DNA of 64,000 nucleotides from Octopus vulgaris. Taxonomy: Eukaryota. The notes below the pieces were generated by a model. That model saw only the letters and a list, made by a program, of their open reading frames with translations, had not been told where the DNA came from and searched no databases. The DNA is taken from positions 126,294,001-126,358,000 of the forward strand of contig OX597814.1 of assembly GCA_951406725.2 (NCBI GenBank). The letters are read 5' to 3'. A program made the position numbers and the translations under genes. The number at the start of each line of letters is the position of its first letter. The first letter of the stretch is position 1. Below, piece after piece: positions 51,366 to 64,000 of the stretch.

Positions 51366-52505
51366 TCACTTTTAGAAGAAACATTTTCAATTGCATTTAA
51401 AAGAAAATCATTCCCAGTTTTCTTGAATTTAGGATTTCTTGTATATGTTATATTCTTTCATTAACTATTTCCAATGCTTGCGTCACTTCCATGCTGCAAT
51501 TTACTCTTATTTTCTTAACTTTATCGTGACATTATCAATCTTTTGTTTTCCTTTGTTTTCTTTTGTTTTGTTTTTTCCTTCTTTTCACTTTTTAAAGTGA
51601 TTTTGCTTCAAGTGAGAAGCAATATTGAATGACTCACCATGTTACATGTACACAGAAAACAGTTAATATGTTGCACTGATAGTTATCAACAACACTTAAC
51701 GCAGCAAACAACTGATTGTTGACGGTTCCAGTTTTTTTTTTACTGAGTAATATATCTTTCTATTTTATTTTTAAATGGAAGAGTTTGAATTAAGGAAATT
51801 TGACTGTTACTCCTAGTAGATAAATGATGAAACAGAAGTTCCTTTCTAAGTCCATTGCTGTAGTAGCCAAGGCATTTGGTCAGCTGATGTGATTGACACA
51901 TCTCAATGATAATGTTTACATCAATCTGCTTTCTGTTTTCACCCTGTAATGTAGAACTTAAGTTAAAGAGAGATCTGGAGGGAAATTAACAGTTGTTTCG
52001 TGACACAAACGAATCCAAAGTCTCAGTCTTCAATTATGCAACATTGCTAATAAATTTAAATCATTGCTTGATAGAATGGCCAGTTGAAGAATTACTGGAG
52101 ACAGAAATTAATTGGTTATGAACATGTGAGACTCAGTAATTCAAGCTATGTGAATAAATGTTATGATCAGTTGCACAGTTGGAATAAAACCAAACATAAT
52201 CAATAAAACCTCACTGAATCCATGTCAGGATAAGAAATCAGACAGGGAGGTGTTAAAGTTGGCTGTGTAATGTTTAACAGTGTTTACCATAATGCTCTTG
52301 TACAGTTTTCTTAGCAGAGATGTTTCTTACTATTTTACATCCATGTTAGAAGACTAGTTTAGTGTAACAGCTCCTGTTTCTTTCTTTGAATGAGTAACTT
52401 ACTGTTAACCATTCATCTATGGAGTAGTTGGGGGAGCCCCTACTATTTTATTGTTCATTTTACTTTCATGGTGGCATGGAATATATCCATAAACTTGTAC
52501 ATTGC

Positions 52506-52687
52506 TTAACCCTTTAGCATTTAAACCAGCTATATCCAGCCCAAATATCCTATTTATTTTAGGTTCAGACTAACCAGATCTGGCCTTTCACGTCAACCCT
52601 ACAATTTCATTCTAAAAGTAAATAATTACATAATTCAAAATCTTAAGCATAACATTTGATAAAGTAATTTGAATGCCAAAGGAGTAA
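52506..52687. mobile_element. piggyBac-like MITE
   Basis: TTAA CCCTTTAGCATTT ... GAATGCCAAAGGA GTAA: imperfect TIRs with TTAA-like flanks. Confidence 0.55.
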
Positions 52688-52974
52688 TACATACATACAT
52701 ACATACATATAGATATGTGTGTGTACGTATATGTATATATATATATATGTATATATCTATCTATCTATCTATATATATATATATATATATATATTTAGAC
52801 ACCAGTACCCCCGTACTGGTTCCTGTGTCAGTAGCACATAAAAACCACCATCCAAACATGATTGTTGCCTGGCCCACCTTACTGGCTCCTATGGCAGTGG
52901 GATGTGAAAAGCACCCACTACACTCTATAACCAAAAACATTCCAGCTATTCATATTATTTTATATCGCAGCAAG

Positions 52975-53320
52975 AACAGTGGATTGGTAGAATTGTTAGA
53001 GTATCAGGTAAAATGCCTTGCAATATTTATTCTAGACATTTGTGTACTGAGTTCAAATCCCACCAAGGTCAACTTTGCTTTCCTTCCTTCCAGCATTGAT
53101 AAAATGAAATACCAGTCAATTACTGGGACTGATATAACCAACTGTGCCCCTATCTTAAAATTTTAGACTTTATGCCTATATTAGAAACACTTGCTGAGTG
53201 CAGTGGATTGGGCAGAAACATGAGTGTCAGACAATATGCCTTTCAGCATTTGTTCTGCCAGTTTATATTCTGAGTTGAAATCCTGCTGAAATAATCTTTG
53301 TCTTTCGTCCATTTGGGGTC
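52975..53320 (+). mobile_element. Two tandem family A SINE copies
   Basis: GAGTTCAAATCCCACCAAGGTCAACTTTGCTTTCCTTCC...GATAAAATGAAATACCAG, followed by a second partial head. Confidence 0.7.
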
Positions 53321-56179
53321 AGTTTTTCACTTTCCTTACTGAAATTTATATTCTTCACTAATATACAACAATGAAAGTTACACACACACACACAGTGTGT
53401 GTACATGTATGTGTGTATGGGTACAAACTGAACTTTTATGACTGTAAAGCCATAACTTTACCCAATAACAACCAACCTATCTTTTATATTCAAATTATAA
53501 TGTATTTAGGACTATCATCCTTGCCTTTATCATTCATGCCCCTATTGCTCACCACTCAATCACTCTCTCCTGTATTCAATTTCCCTATACTCTGCTGAAA
53601 GTATTAATAAGGATGACATTAGATCTCTTCTGCTCAGTTTCAAGTGTAATATGAGAAACTACTGGACTTAATTGAACCACTCACTAGCACTCCACACCCT
53701 CCTTCTCTCATCCTCATCCACTTTGCTCTCTCGGCCATCTTGAGGCATACGCATAAAGTACCTCATCAAATATCCATGTAACCCACACACTCTACCTATA
53801 CTCTTCCCTTGGCCATTTAGTATCAACACACATTCACTATCACATTTTATCCACCTCTTCTTACCCATCATGTTCTCACCCCTATTCTTTCTAGTAGTTG
53901 TGTCTTGATAAAATGAACTAGGGAGCACTCCATTAAGTGTGGAGTTGAGAGAACTCATTAGACTTGTCAAAGACATGACAATCTTTGTCGTGCTGATACC
54001 ACACTTCATAGAGTGTACTGAGTGCACCTCATACACTTTATAAAGTGGTTGGTGTTAGGAAGGATATCTAGCCAAAGAAAAAAAGCAAAGCATTAAAATA
54101 AACAAGATTTGGTCTTCCAACTCATTTAGTAGAGCAGCAAAGATTTGCCTAACCCATGCTTTCATTGTAAACAGATGATGATTGTGATGGTAGAATTTAC
54201 TGCTATTTTCAGCATGTTGAGTGTCCTCATAAATATTCTCTTTCCTGGTTTGATTTGATTGATGTTCATTGTTGATGTTAATGGTTATGCTACAGAGTCC
54301 CAAATTAATTTAATTAGTCACATCCAAAATTTGGTAACAATTAATCAAATATCCTATTGTGATTTATAAAGCCAGAATTCCAGATATAGCTTGGCTTTAA
54401 GATCCATTTTGACATTGTTTATTTTCTTCATCTTCAGAAAAGCAGCTTCCAATGTATTGGGATTTGAACACAGAACAGCTAACTGCAAATATCTCTTCAA
54501 CTATAAAGACTCACTCATCATTTCTGCTCTTGAACTAAAACATCCTCTTTCCAGCTATTTCATTAGAATTTATTAAATTTTACAATTCTATTAACCTTTT
54601 GCTTTTTTAATTATCTTAAAAGCTTTTAAAACAAAATACTTAGAAATGATTAGTATTGATATATATATTAATCATTATTAACATGTTAACTTACCACAGA
54701 ATTTAGAAAAATAGGAGAAATCTTAGAAGGAAAAATATCAAGTATTTTCCATCAAGAAAGTGTTTTCTATTATTGATGCTTTCTCACAGTATTCTTTGTA
54801 GCTTGTCTTCTTATTCGATCCACTTCACAGCTACAGCTCAGTTCTGATTGAAAAATAGCCTAAGATAACAGGCTGACAACAACAGTTACGAATATAAGAA
54901 AATAGTTTCAGGTTTTGAAGTCTTTGTGTGCAAAAGAAAAAGATTCCCTAATCTCTAAAGACTTTTGAGCATAGTTTGTTTATAAATAACCTTAGATAAA
55001 CATGTTTGCCTTGCACCAGTGCACAATGAATAAACAGATGACAAAACACTAATTCATTTTAGACAATATTTTATACTTCAAACAAGATTTTTTTTTCTCT
55101 AAAGACCCTCCAGAATATTTCGACATTCTTTTCATCTATTTTCGTAGACATTGAGTAGAAATTTCCTGTTTTATGTTAAGTTTTTGACAGTGCCAATTGT
55201 TGCAGGATATGATAATTTACTTCCAAATTTTGCTAGAGTTTTTGCTAGATTCATAATATTGTATTGTTAAAATGGTTGTCATATCATACCATGTCAACAT
55301 CATCAGCAACATCACCATCATTTTATATCTGCTTTCAATGTTTCTTTGGGTTGGATGGGTTGTCAGAAATTTAATCATATTTTTATTTGCAGTTACTACC
55401 CTGCTTCAGGAAATATTTTACTTGTATGTTCCACTTTTGGCATGATTTTACAACCAGATGCCCTTTTAATATCAAACACTTTACAGAGTATGTTGGGGTG
55501 CCACCAGCACTAGAGTGGTTACCAAAATCCCAGAAAGTCTAAAAATTTCTCTTTGCTTTATGTTGTTTCTGTTTATTTAAGGTAATGTAACAAGGAGGGT
55601 CTATAGGAGAGTGATGAAAGAAGGCACCAGGATGTGAAAGTGATAAAAGAGAGATTATGATGGGGAAACAATGATAGGAAATAAGAGGTTGCTAAAAGAG
55701 GTGCTGGAAGAGAGACAGTGATGGGTTGCAACATGCTGGTATAAAGATTGGATAGAAAACAGTATTAGCTGTGTGATGGAGAAGAGAGAGTATGAACAGG
55801 TCTGCTGTCATGCCTCATTACACACAGGTGTCACAGTGGGAAAAAGGTAAAAGAGATAGAGTAATGAAAGGTAATGGGAGGAGTTGAATACAGACAGATC
55901 CAATGCTATTATTTCTTAACTGTTGGCATGGTAATGATAGAAGAAAGAGAGAATGATAGATTAGAGGGAAATGAAAATTGAAGTGTGGATCTCTGATCAG
56001 AGAGAGAGAGTGTGTCATAATTTACCAACTAACAAAGAGGGTGGAGCAGTAGATGTTGGACACTTAACAGGAGCAAAATAAATGAGAGATCCCTACTCCC
56101 ATCACCATTTTAATGTCATACTTGTATGGGTAGATGGGTCTTCTCTTGTGCCATGAATCACTACAAACTGGTTTTCAAT

Positions 56180-56700
56180 AATTTCTTTCATATGTTTCAG
56201 CTTCTTAAGATAAGTTTTCACACTTGGTTCCATATTTCCTAGATCTTCCTATTCCACAGGTTCCATTCATCTGAACCACTTAGGTCTTCTTTATGCAAAT
56301 GACATTCTTCATATGCATCACATGTCCATACCAGTGCGGTCTTCTTTGCACACTAAATCTAGTTGCTTTTATATTCAGCTTTTTTTCTCTCAGTCCATTT
56401 GTGTGCCATCATTTATGTATGCTAAGATTATATATCTAGCAGCACATGCTCAATTCAATTTTGCCTTCCATTCTCAAATCCTCCACATTAAAGGTTTATG
56501 TCTCTCTACTATGTAAAATTGCACTTTGTATAATCTACCCTTTCACTTACAAAGAGAAACATTTTGTTATGATTAGAGATAAATAGTTCCCTTGTTATGA
56601 TTAGAGATAAATACTTCCTTGTTCTAACTTCTACTACCCAACTGCATTGCTAATTAGATCACCTAGGTAACAAAACTTGTCAATTCCTTCTAAAGAGCCT
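56180..56700 (-). mobile_element. RTE ORF C-terminal fragment
   Basis: Minus strand reads RRPHWYGHVMHM...NGTCGIGRSRK. Confidence 0.65.
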
Positions 56701-58009
56701 TCCAAACATTTTAAAGCCTTTGTTTCACATGTACTCTTACTACTGACTTATCCTGTGCATTTGTCACCCAATCCCTCTTGTACATCCATAGTTTACACTG
56801 AGTACACTGGAATTTTTAATTCTTTTCTATGTATCAAGCACAGCCATAACCTTGATGGCGGCAGGAATCTGTTTTCTTTTTTACTTAGCAAAACTTTAAT
56901 CTATATTAAATTCACTGTAAGGCTCTTTGGTTCTATGTCTAGCTTCCCTGTCTGGAATTTCTTCTACAGATTTGACTAAAAGAGCTTGGTCATTGGTATA
57001 TGGAAATTCCCACAGACAGCCTGTCTGAAATTTCTGTAATGGCCTGAAAGGCCATAATAAACAAGAAGCCACTATTCTAACTGCATCTCTGTTCTGACAA
57101 AATTAGCTTACTCTTTAGTAATTACCATTTAGAACTTGAAGTAAAGAAATATATTCCATTTCCTCTAGATTAGATTAATGAAACAATTTTAAATTTCAGT
57201 ATTTGGTAAGATGTTGAAAGTAATGAGTTTCTCCTGTGAATGCATGAAATTAATTATAAAACAGATTTATTGAGGTCACATTTAGATTGAGAACTCATTT
57301 CTTTTTTTTTTTTTACTTAGAATTCTTGCACATATGCCATCATCTTCATACCTATACCTATTTTATTGTACTAACATAAGTTAGACAGGTCTATAGGACA
57401 TCTTTTAAGGAATTTTCTTGTCTCATCTCATTTGTGATTTAACTTCTTACAATGTCTTTTGATATCCACAAACCAAGTGAAAGAAGTATCTATGTTGTCT
57501 TTTAGCCTGCCAGTAATAACAGCCAAATCACTTTCAAATTACACCCTACCACCTTGAAAAAGAAAAGTATGTTACAATAATGTGATCCTACATACATTAT
57601 GTCTGAATAAAGGACAAGATGGTCTTAGAATAAACACTTTGATTACAAATCTACTCAAACAGGCTTGATCTGGGGTTAAACAAACGTTTATATATCTATG
57701 CCATATACCATCTTTCCTGCCTAAATGAAGCACTATATTTGATGCCAAACTCGCATATTCAGCTGTTTCTCTTAATTCTTCACAAAAGCAAATCCTGTGT
57801 ATTACTGCAGATGAAGACCTGTCCACATTTCATGACCATACATCATATTTCTTCAAAATCTCTCATATACTTCACTAGGAAACAATAGCAGAACGTAGTA
57901 CTGATACCATTTCCAGAGCTCTAATGAGGTTAATGTAATTAATGTTTAGATACAACTTATTGTTGGGTGATGTCTGTAAGAAGAAAAGATTGCAAGGTTT
58001 AGGGATAAG

Positions 58010-58380
58010 GCACTACTACTCACATCACAATTCTATTATCCATATTGCTACTGCAACACTACTACCCATGCTACAATTCTACTTTATTCAACAGAATTAC
58101 TACTCTTACCATAACATATATTACTCTTTAACAAAAGAACATTACTAAGAACATCTCAACACCTCTACCCATACTAGTATCCACACAACAACAATACTCC
58201 CCAGGTTATAATGCTACTGTCCACCCCACAAAATTACTATCATACTGCAACACCACAATGCTACCACCCATACTGTATACGACCACACTACTACCCATGA
58301 CAATCCTACTACTCACACTACAACATGATAATCAACACCACAGCACTGCCACACTACTATCCATACCACAACCCTAGGAC
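58010..58380. repeat. Degenerate ~20-bp tandem repeat (CACTACTACCCATACTACAA-like)
   Basis: Recurrent CACTACTACCCA/CCATAC motifs. Confidence 0.65.
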
Positions 58381-59129
58381 GCACACATGCATACTCACAC
58401 ACACTCATATTTAATACATACTTTTACATAATACACTAACAGATCTCACTCAAAAACTCACACACATATACCACACAATCCACATACACACATACCACCC
58501 TCTTACAGGCTACAAATAAAAGTACATACACAGCACTCAACATATAAAGGGTGATGAATTGGCAGTCATTAGAGCATCAGACAGAATACTTCACAATATT
58601 TTTGGATTCAATTCACTGCACTTTCAGTTCAAATCCCACTGCAGTTAACTTTGCCTTTTATTGTGTCAAAGTCAATTAAAATGTACCAATCAAGGCAATG
58701 GATTAGCAGAATTGTACAAACATCAGATGAGATATCTTGCAATATATATTCTAGTGCTTTGCATTCTGAGTTCAAATCTGATTCAGCTATTTGGATGGTA
58801 GATTTCACCCATTTCCCAATTTATTTATTATGGCTATTTGGAAATTTGGATGCCTTTAGTAGGCATTCTGGTCAAACTACTTGTTTGAGGAAACTTTCCT
58901 CCCTCCCTTTTCTGGTCTCAGAGGCCATGCAACAGGTCATGGGCACTGCCTTCCCTTTTAACTAAAAAGATATACAGTACCCACAATGCATGTAAATGTC
59001 TTCTATAATGCATCATTGTATTCTATTATCTTTTTTTGTACAAGAGAACTAAAGAGAGTCTCTTTTTGTGGCTGCTCAATCTAACAGAAATAATAGTCAA
59101 ATATTTCTCAACTCCTTAAAAATGGCTTA

Positions 59130-59640
59130 TATAACACAACACAGTGTTCTAATATTTTACATAATACACTTCTGTGGTCTACTATCATCTATAAGACACC
59201 ACAGTTTTCTACTGTCTTCTGTAATACACCAGTGTTCTTATATCTTATATTTCAAAACTCAGTGTTCTAATATTTTATATAATAACCAGTGTTCATTATA
59301 TCTTACATAACACACAATTGTAGTCTACTGTCTTCCATAACACCACAGTGCACTACTATCTTCTTTGATATACTTCAGTATTCTACTGCCTTCTATAACA
59401 CACCACTATGTTATACCATTTTCTTTGACACAGCACTATGTTCTAATATTTACTGTAACACACAAGTGTTTATTGTCTTCAAACACACATGTTCAACTGT
59501 GTTGTGTAAGACACCACGATATACTAATATCTTCTATAATATACTACAGTATAATTCTGTCTTCTGTAGCACACCATAATATTCTAACATCTGCTCTTAC
59601 ACTCCACCACTGTGTATTGTCTTCCATATCACACCATGTT
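59130..59640. repeat. ~30-bp minisatellite, about 17 units
   Basis: Consensus near TATAACACACCACAGTGTTCTACTATCTTC. Confidence 0.85.
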
Positions 59641-61129
59641 GTAATCAAGTATTAAATCAGTCCTGCTGAGAAATGCAGAGTTTATGATAAGTGAAGTCAT
59701 TGAACTAATATAATTCTGCAATATATTGTCCAACTATATTAAACACTATACCATTTGGCACAAATTAAAGAATTTCTGCATTTGAAATGAAGTGGAATCT
59801 GACTCCAATGTTTTTTCCCCCTTCTTTTCAATAGTTTTCTAATTTTAGTAAACATCATTTTTCTGTTTCCTAAAATTCTTTTTATTCTCGTTCATGTTCT
59901 TGTTATTGTCTTCAAAATCTGCTCTTTGAAGCCACTGTCCTCACACCACCCCCTCCATCACCTCATTGCATTCAGCAGCCTATTTTGGTGCCTTTAGCTG
60001 CAAATGGGCCATAATTGTCTTGTATTCATATTGACGGAAGACACTAATACAGCCCAGTTAAATTTTCATGTTAGCATGTTTCCTGAATCATTAATACAAG
60101 CCACCTGCACCTTCCTCTTGACCTTTTACCAACTTTTCTCTCCTCTTCACACAAAACTCAACTTATTTCCTTTCTTGTTTCCTTCTTTCATTCAACTTTA
60201 TTAATATTTTCTTTTTTTTTTCATCACTCTTCAGTTTTCTTCCTCATCTTCTTCTTCCAGTTCCTTTTTCACTTATGTAATCTTTCTTTGATTTTACATC
60301 CAGACAATCTTGTTGTTAGCTCAACCCTACTTAGTGTCAACCGTTTTACAATAATAATTATACCTTTCGGTTTTTGTCATGTCTTTTCTCACAGCTGACA
60401 TATGTCTAGCTGCCATTTTGCAGAAATTATCTAAGTGTCTTTTATTCTTTACAACATTATTTCCTCTGTTCCTTGAAGTTTTGCTTCCATTTTATTTCAA
60501 ACTATTTCAATAAATGATATTAGAAACTATTTTTTTTCACCTTATTTAGTCAAAGGAGGTGGAGCAGTGTTCATGACCTCCCAGAATAGTGAGTTTGATA
60601 CAGTTAATGTTGAGGGCTTTTGCTGGAATCAGAACTATAAATTTGTACAATTGGAAAGTAACATAAAGAAGTTGACACTTCACATCAGGCACTGTTAAAA
60701 TCTAAAATATAACTTGTTACTTTGTCCTTAATCTATTCTATATTTAGATTGTAGGAGATAAATAGTTGACTGGTCACACTGTATCAACCTTTTTTTTCTT
60801 CTATTTTTCTATATTTGTTTAGGGAACATTTACAGATATTTTTGGTGGGGAAACACCCTATTTACCATTCCATACCAGACATAAAGTTTTTTACTAAATA
60901 AAAAAAGCATGTTTCTTCTATTTGTTACTTATTTTAAAAGTAAAGTTCAGTGAAGTAAATTAGAGGTGAGTGAGTAGAGTAAAGGTGAGTGGTACTGAGT
61001 ACAGGTATAGTGGAATAGAGTAAATTCACACATGTGAAAGTCTGCTCATCAGAATAAAAATGAACACAAAAGGGAGTGCAGCTAAGTGGAGGTAAATTCA
61101 ACAAAGTAACAGTCACGTGATGTCAACAC

Positions 61130-61300
61130 ACACACACACACAAATATGATAGGCTTCTTTCAATTCAGTTACCAAATCCACTAATTCACACACAATGCTT
61201 TGATCAGGGCTACAGTAAAAGAAACTGGCCTAGAGGCCAGGCAGTTAAGCTGAACCCGTAACTATAGGGTTGGAAAGCAAGCTTCTTTGCCACATAGTCA
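61130..61300 (-). mobile_element. Family C SINE 5' half
   Basis: GGCTTCTTTCA..TACCAAATCCACT...CTGAACCCG..GGTTGGAAAGCAAGCTTCTT. Similar pieces occur at 42080-42240 and 49355-49500. Confidence 0.65.
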
Positions 61301-62377
61301 TGTCTATGTCTGTATGATATACCAGTAATAATATATGAGCAATATAATAGCAATGTTTAGTGATATACCAGTAATACACCAATAATATACCAGCAATATT
61401 CCACCAAAATGCTAGTGTTGTTGTGTCAAGTCAATAAATTAAATTTCATCTTTCGTTAAAGACTTATATGCAAAACAAAATTAATATTCCAGGATATTTT
61501 AAAGATCTTTCCCTTGTTGTGCTGGGCAGGCTATTCCTGTATGGGAATTCCACCCTGAAACTATCCCTCATTCTACTACATAACTTATATCACAGATTAC
61601 AATAAATATCTCTATAGATGAGAAGAATTTTAATCGTTTCATAATGTTTTGATGTCTTAATAATTGCAAAACAGGCACACACGCATGCACACATACATAC
61701 ACTTATGCACACACACAGACAATGAGGAATTTATGTATGCATGCATAGGTGTGTATGTATACACACACATACACACACTTATATATGTACAAAGAGCTGT
61801 GAAGAAAATTGTGGGCAGTGGTACCTTATTAAAACTGCCATTAACATTTTAGTTCTGATTTGAAATCAAAGTTCATCAGAATGTCCAGATTTAATGCCTT
61901 AACCTTTTATCTTTGATGCCATGTTTTCAGTCTATTTCACTTTTAACATTTCCGACCCATCTTTCATCAAAGACTCTTTAACACGACTTCTCCACATCCC
62001 CGCCTCACTATATTACACATTCTTTATCTTGTTGCTGTTCCTTCCCTCACTATTCACCCTTTCCACTTTCTAACCTACACATGCACACACATATAGATGA
62101 TTACTTTCCCACATCTTTCTCCCTCATTCTTCATCTACCAACCCCCTTTTATCACATCATTTTCACCTATGAAGAGGATATTTCAGTATCTATTCACTTA
62201 TCCTAGTGTAAGTCCCATTAACTGTGACCTCCAAAACTCAATAACCCATTAGACCTGACCTCTGACACTGTTTAGTGCTGCCACCTGACTGTTTAACCCT
62301 TTGGGGTTTCTTTGGTCTCTTATTTCAGACTTTTCTAAAATCTTATATACAAAGTTACTTTCTTTCTTTACTTGCAG

Positions 62378-62549
62378 ATGTTGAAGAATGCAATGGCCTA
62401 GCTGTCAACTGGGTCACTAATCATCTTTACTGGACTGATGCTAAAACCAGTCGAATTGAGATGTCAAACTATGATGGAAGAGGTCGCCGAATTTTGTTTG
62501 GATCTGATCTAGACCAACCAAGAGGAATCATTGTAGATCCAATGTCTGG
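62378..62549 (+). CDS. Internal coding exon of an LDL-receptor-related protein (YWTD beta-propeller; paralog not assignable)
   Basis: Polypyrimidine acceptor TTTCTTTCTTTACTTGCAG and donor GG|GTAAGT. Open frame (D)VEECNGLAVNWVTNHLYWTDAKTSRIEMSNYDGRGRRILFGSDLDQPRGIIVDPMSG matches LDLR class B repeats (GLAVDW..LYWTD..I....DG..R.L....L.PRGI.VDP). Phase 1 in, phase 2 out. Confidence 0.93.
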
Positions 62550-63639
62550 GTAAGTCAACTCAACTTCTGGGTTTAATCAATATTTTACAGTCTGAAGTTG
62601 ACCATTTCTACTCCTAAAGATCTCTGAGAGACAAATTTTATTTATCCATGGAAGGCATAATCTTGCAATTAGAGAATCTTTGAATGTATATATATCAATC
62701 CATTTAGGAACTGTAATGGACATTCACTATTTGTTTGTAATGTAACATGTTGCTTGGAAAGAAGTGTGACTGCCAAGGAATATTGCATTCAACTTGCTAT
62801 CCAGTTTTGTTATTATGTCAATTATATAATGTAAAGGGCAGTTTAAAAACAATCTTCTGCTATTTTCTTTCTCACTAATTTTCTCATTCTTCCATCACTA
62901 CTTATTAACAAGAAACGTTTCAGTTGTAGCTCTCTGTATTGTTGCTAGTTTAATTGTTTCCCATTTTGGATTATATTGCTTACTATTGTCTGTTTGATTG
63001 TTTAAACAGACCATTGTGAACTTGTAATGCTCACAGAAACATAATTTTCTATCTTATTTAACCATAAACATAATATCACTTAGGCAACAAAGTACCAATA
63101 TCAAATTGCCATCTGTGTGTTCCAGTTGAATACTTTCTTCACAAGTGGAGCTACTGGACACTGAAGATAACAAACAAAATAGAAAACAAATCTTTTATCT
63201 CTGTGTTTGGTAGATTCTTTTTCTGTTATCAATGTTTTTCATTGCAATCTTTCAAAAGTCTGAGAATAGCTTTCATTTGATCCAAAAGAATACTTTACAT
63301 TCTAGTTAAGCCTGAAGCAGTTAAAAGACAATTGTTTTGTGTGTATTTACACCTTGTGTTAATAATGTAAAATATATTATTTGTGAATTTTAACTTCACA
63401 TATTTTTCAACTTGTGTCTTTAATTTCTGTGGACATTTTATCACGTTCAGCTGCACTTCATCAGAACTAGAAACAAGATTATATCTATCTTGTTTTAGAA
63501 AGTGAACTTACATCTCCCTCTTCCTCTCAACATTCTAAACATTCATACTGGGTTGTTTTTTTTAGCTCAAAACTATATGAAATGATATCCAGCATTTATT
63601 TCCATATTTCTTGCCATATTATTTCCATATCTTCTATGA

Positions 63640-63967
63640 TAAATAGTCTCAGTACACTCTGTAAAGTGGTTGGCAAATAAATATGTCAGGTCAGGGTCCA
63701 AAGGACTCTTTCATCTTGCCAAGAGCATGACACTATCTCTAGTACAGGTGCTATATAATAAAATGTACTCAGTGCACTCTATAAAGTGGTAGATGTTAGG
63801 AAGGTCATCCAGCCATAGAAACCATGCAAAAAAAAAAGAAACATAAGAGTGGGACAGGGTTTCTAACCCATCTAAGAGGGTAGTAATTCCAAATAAGAAC
63901 TAACTCGGACCATGACTACTTCTTCAACCCATTCCAGCATAGAAACTAAATGTAAAATGATGATGAC
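63640..63967 (+). mobile_element. RTE 3' UTR/tail copy
   Basis: CAGTACACTCTGTAAAGTGGTTGG, GTTAGGAAGGTCATCCAGCCATAGAAACC, CAACCCATTCCAGCATAGAAA..ATGATGATGA. Similar copies at 54000-54190 (+) and 55300-55520 (-). Confidence 0.7.
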
Positions 63968-64000
63968 AATTTCTCCCAATATTTCTTATATTTAACACTT

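Noticed and set aside
62275-62377. N-terminal part of ORF 62275-62553 as coding sequence
   Set aside because: It is intronic polypyrimidine sequence upstream of the acceptor. YWTD similarity begins at 62378.

Overview
AT-rich, microsatellite-dense eukaryotic DNA. The repeat landscape suggests a coleoid cephalopod, probably Octopus (inference). Only one convincing host exon is visible: a 172-nt + strand exon (62378-62549) encoding part of an LDL-receptor-family (LRP) YWTD beta-propeller. The preceding ~62 kb therefore looks like intron. It holds decayed mobile DNA: RTE, R4/Dong-like, CR1/Jockey-like and L1/Tx1-like LINE pieces, Penelope GIY-YIG remnants, DD37D and DD41D Tc1/mariner transposase pseudogenes, several SINE families, MITEs, minisatellites and long palindromes. 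The most notable item is a U6 snRNA copy ending in 4 T's fused directly to a retroposon 3' stem-loop tail, i.e. a U6 chimera or candidate U6-headed SINE. Other points of interest are a hammerhead-like motif inside a long Penelope-type hairpin, a (TAA)n-associated ~510-bp element next to R4/Dong remnants, and closely spaced inverted repeat pairs that could form dsRNA. All alignments and translations were done by eye, so repeat boundaries are approximate and family labels A, C, D and E are my own.
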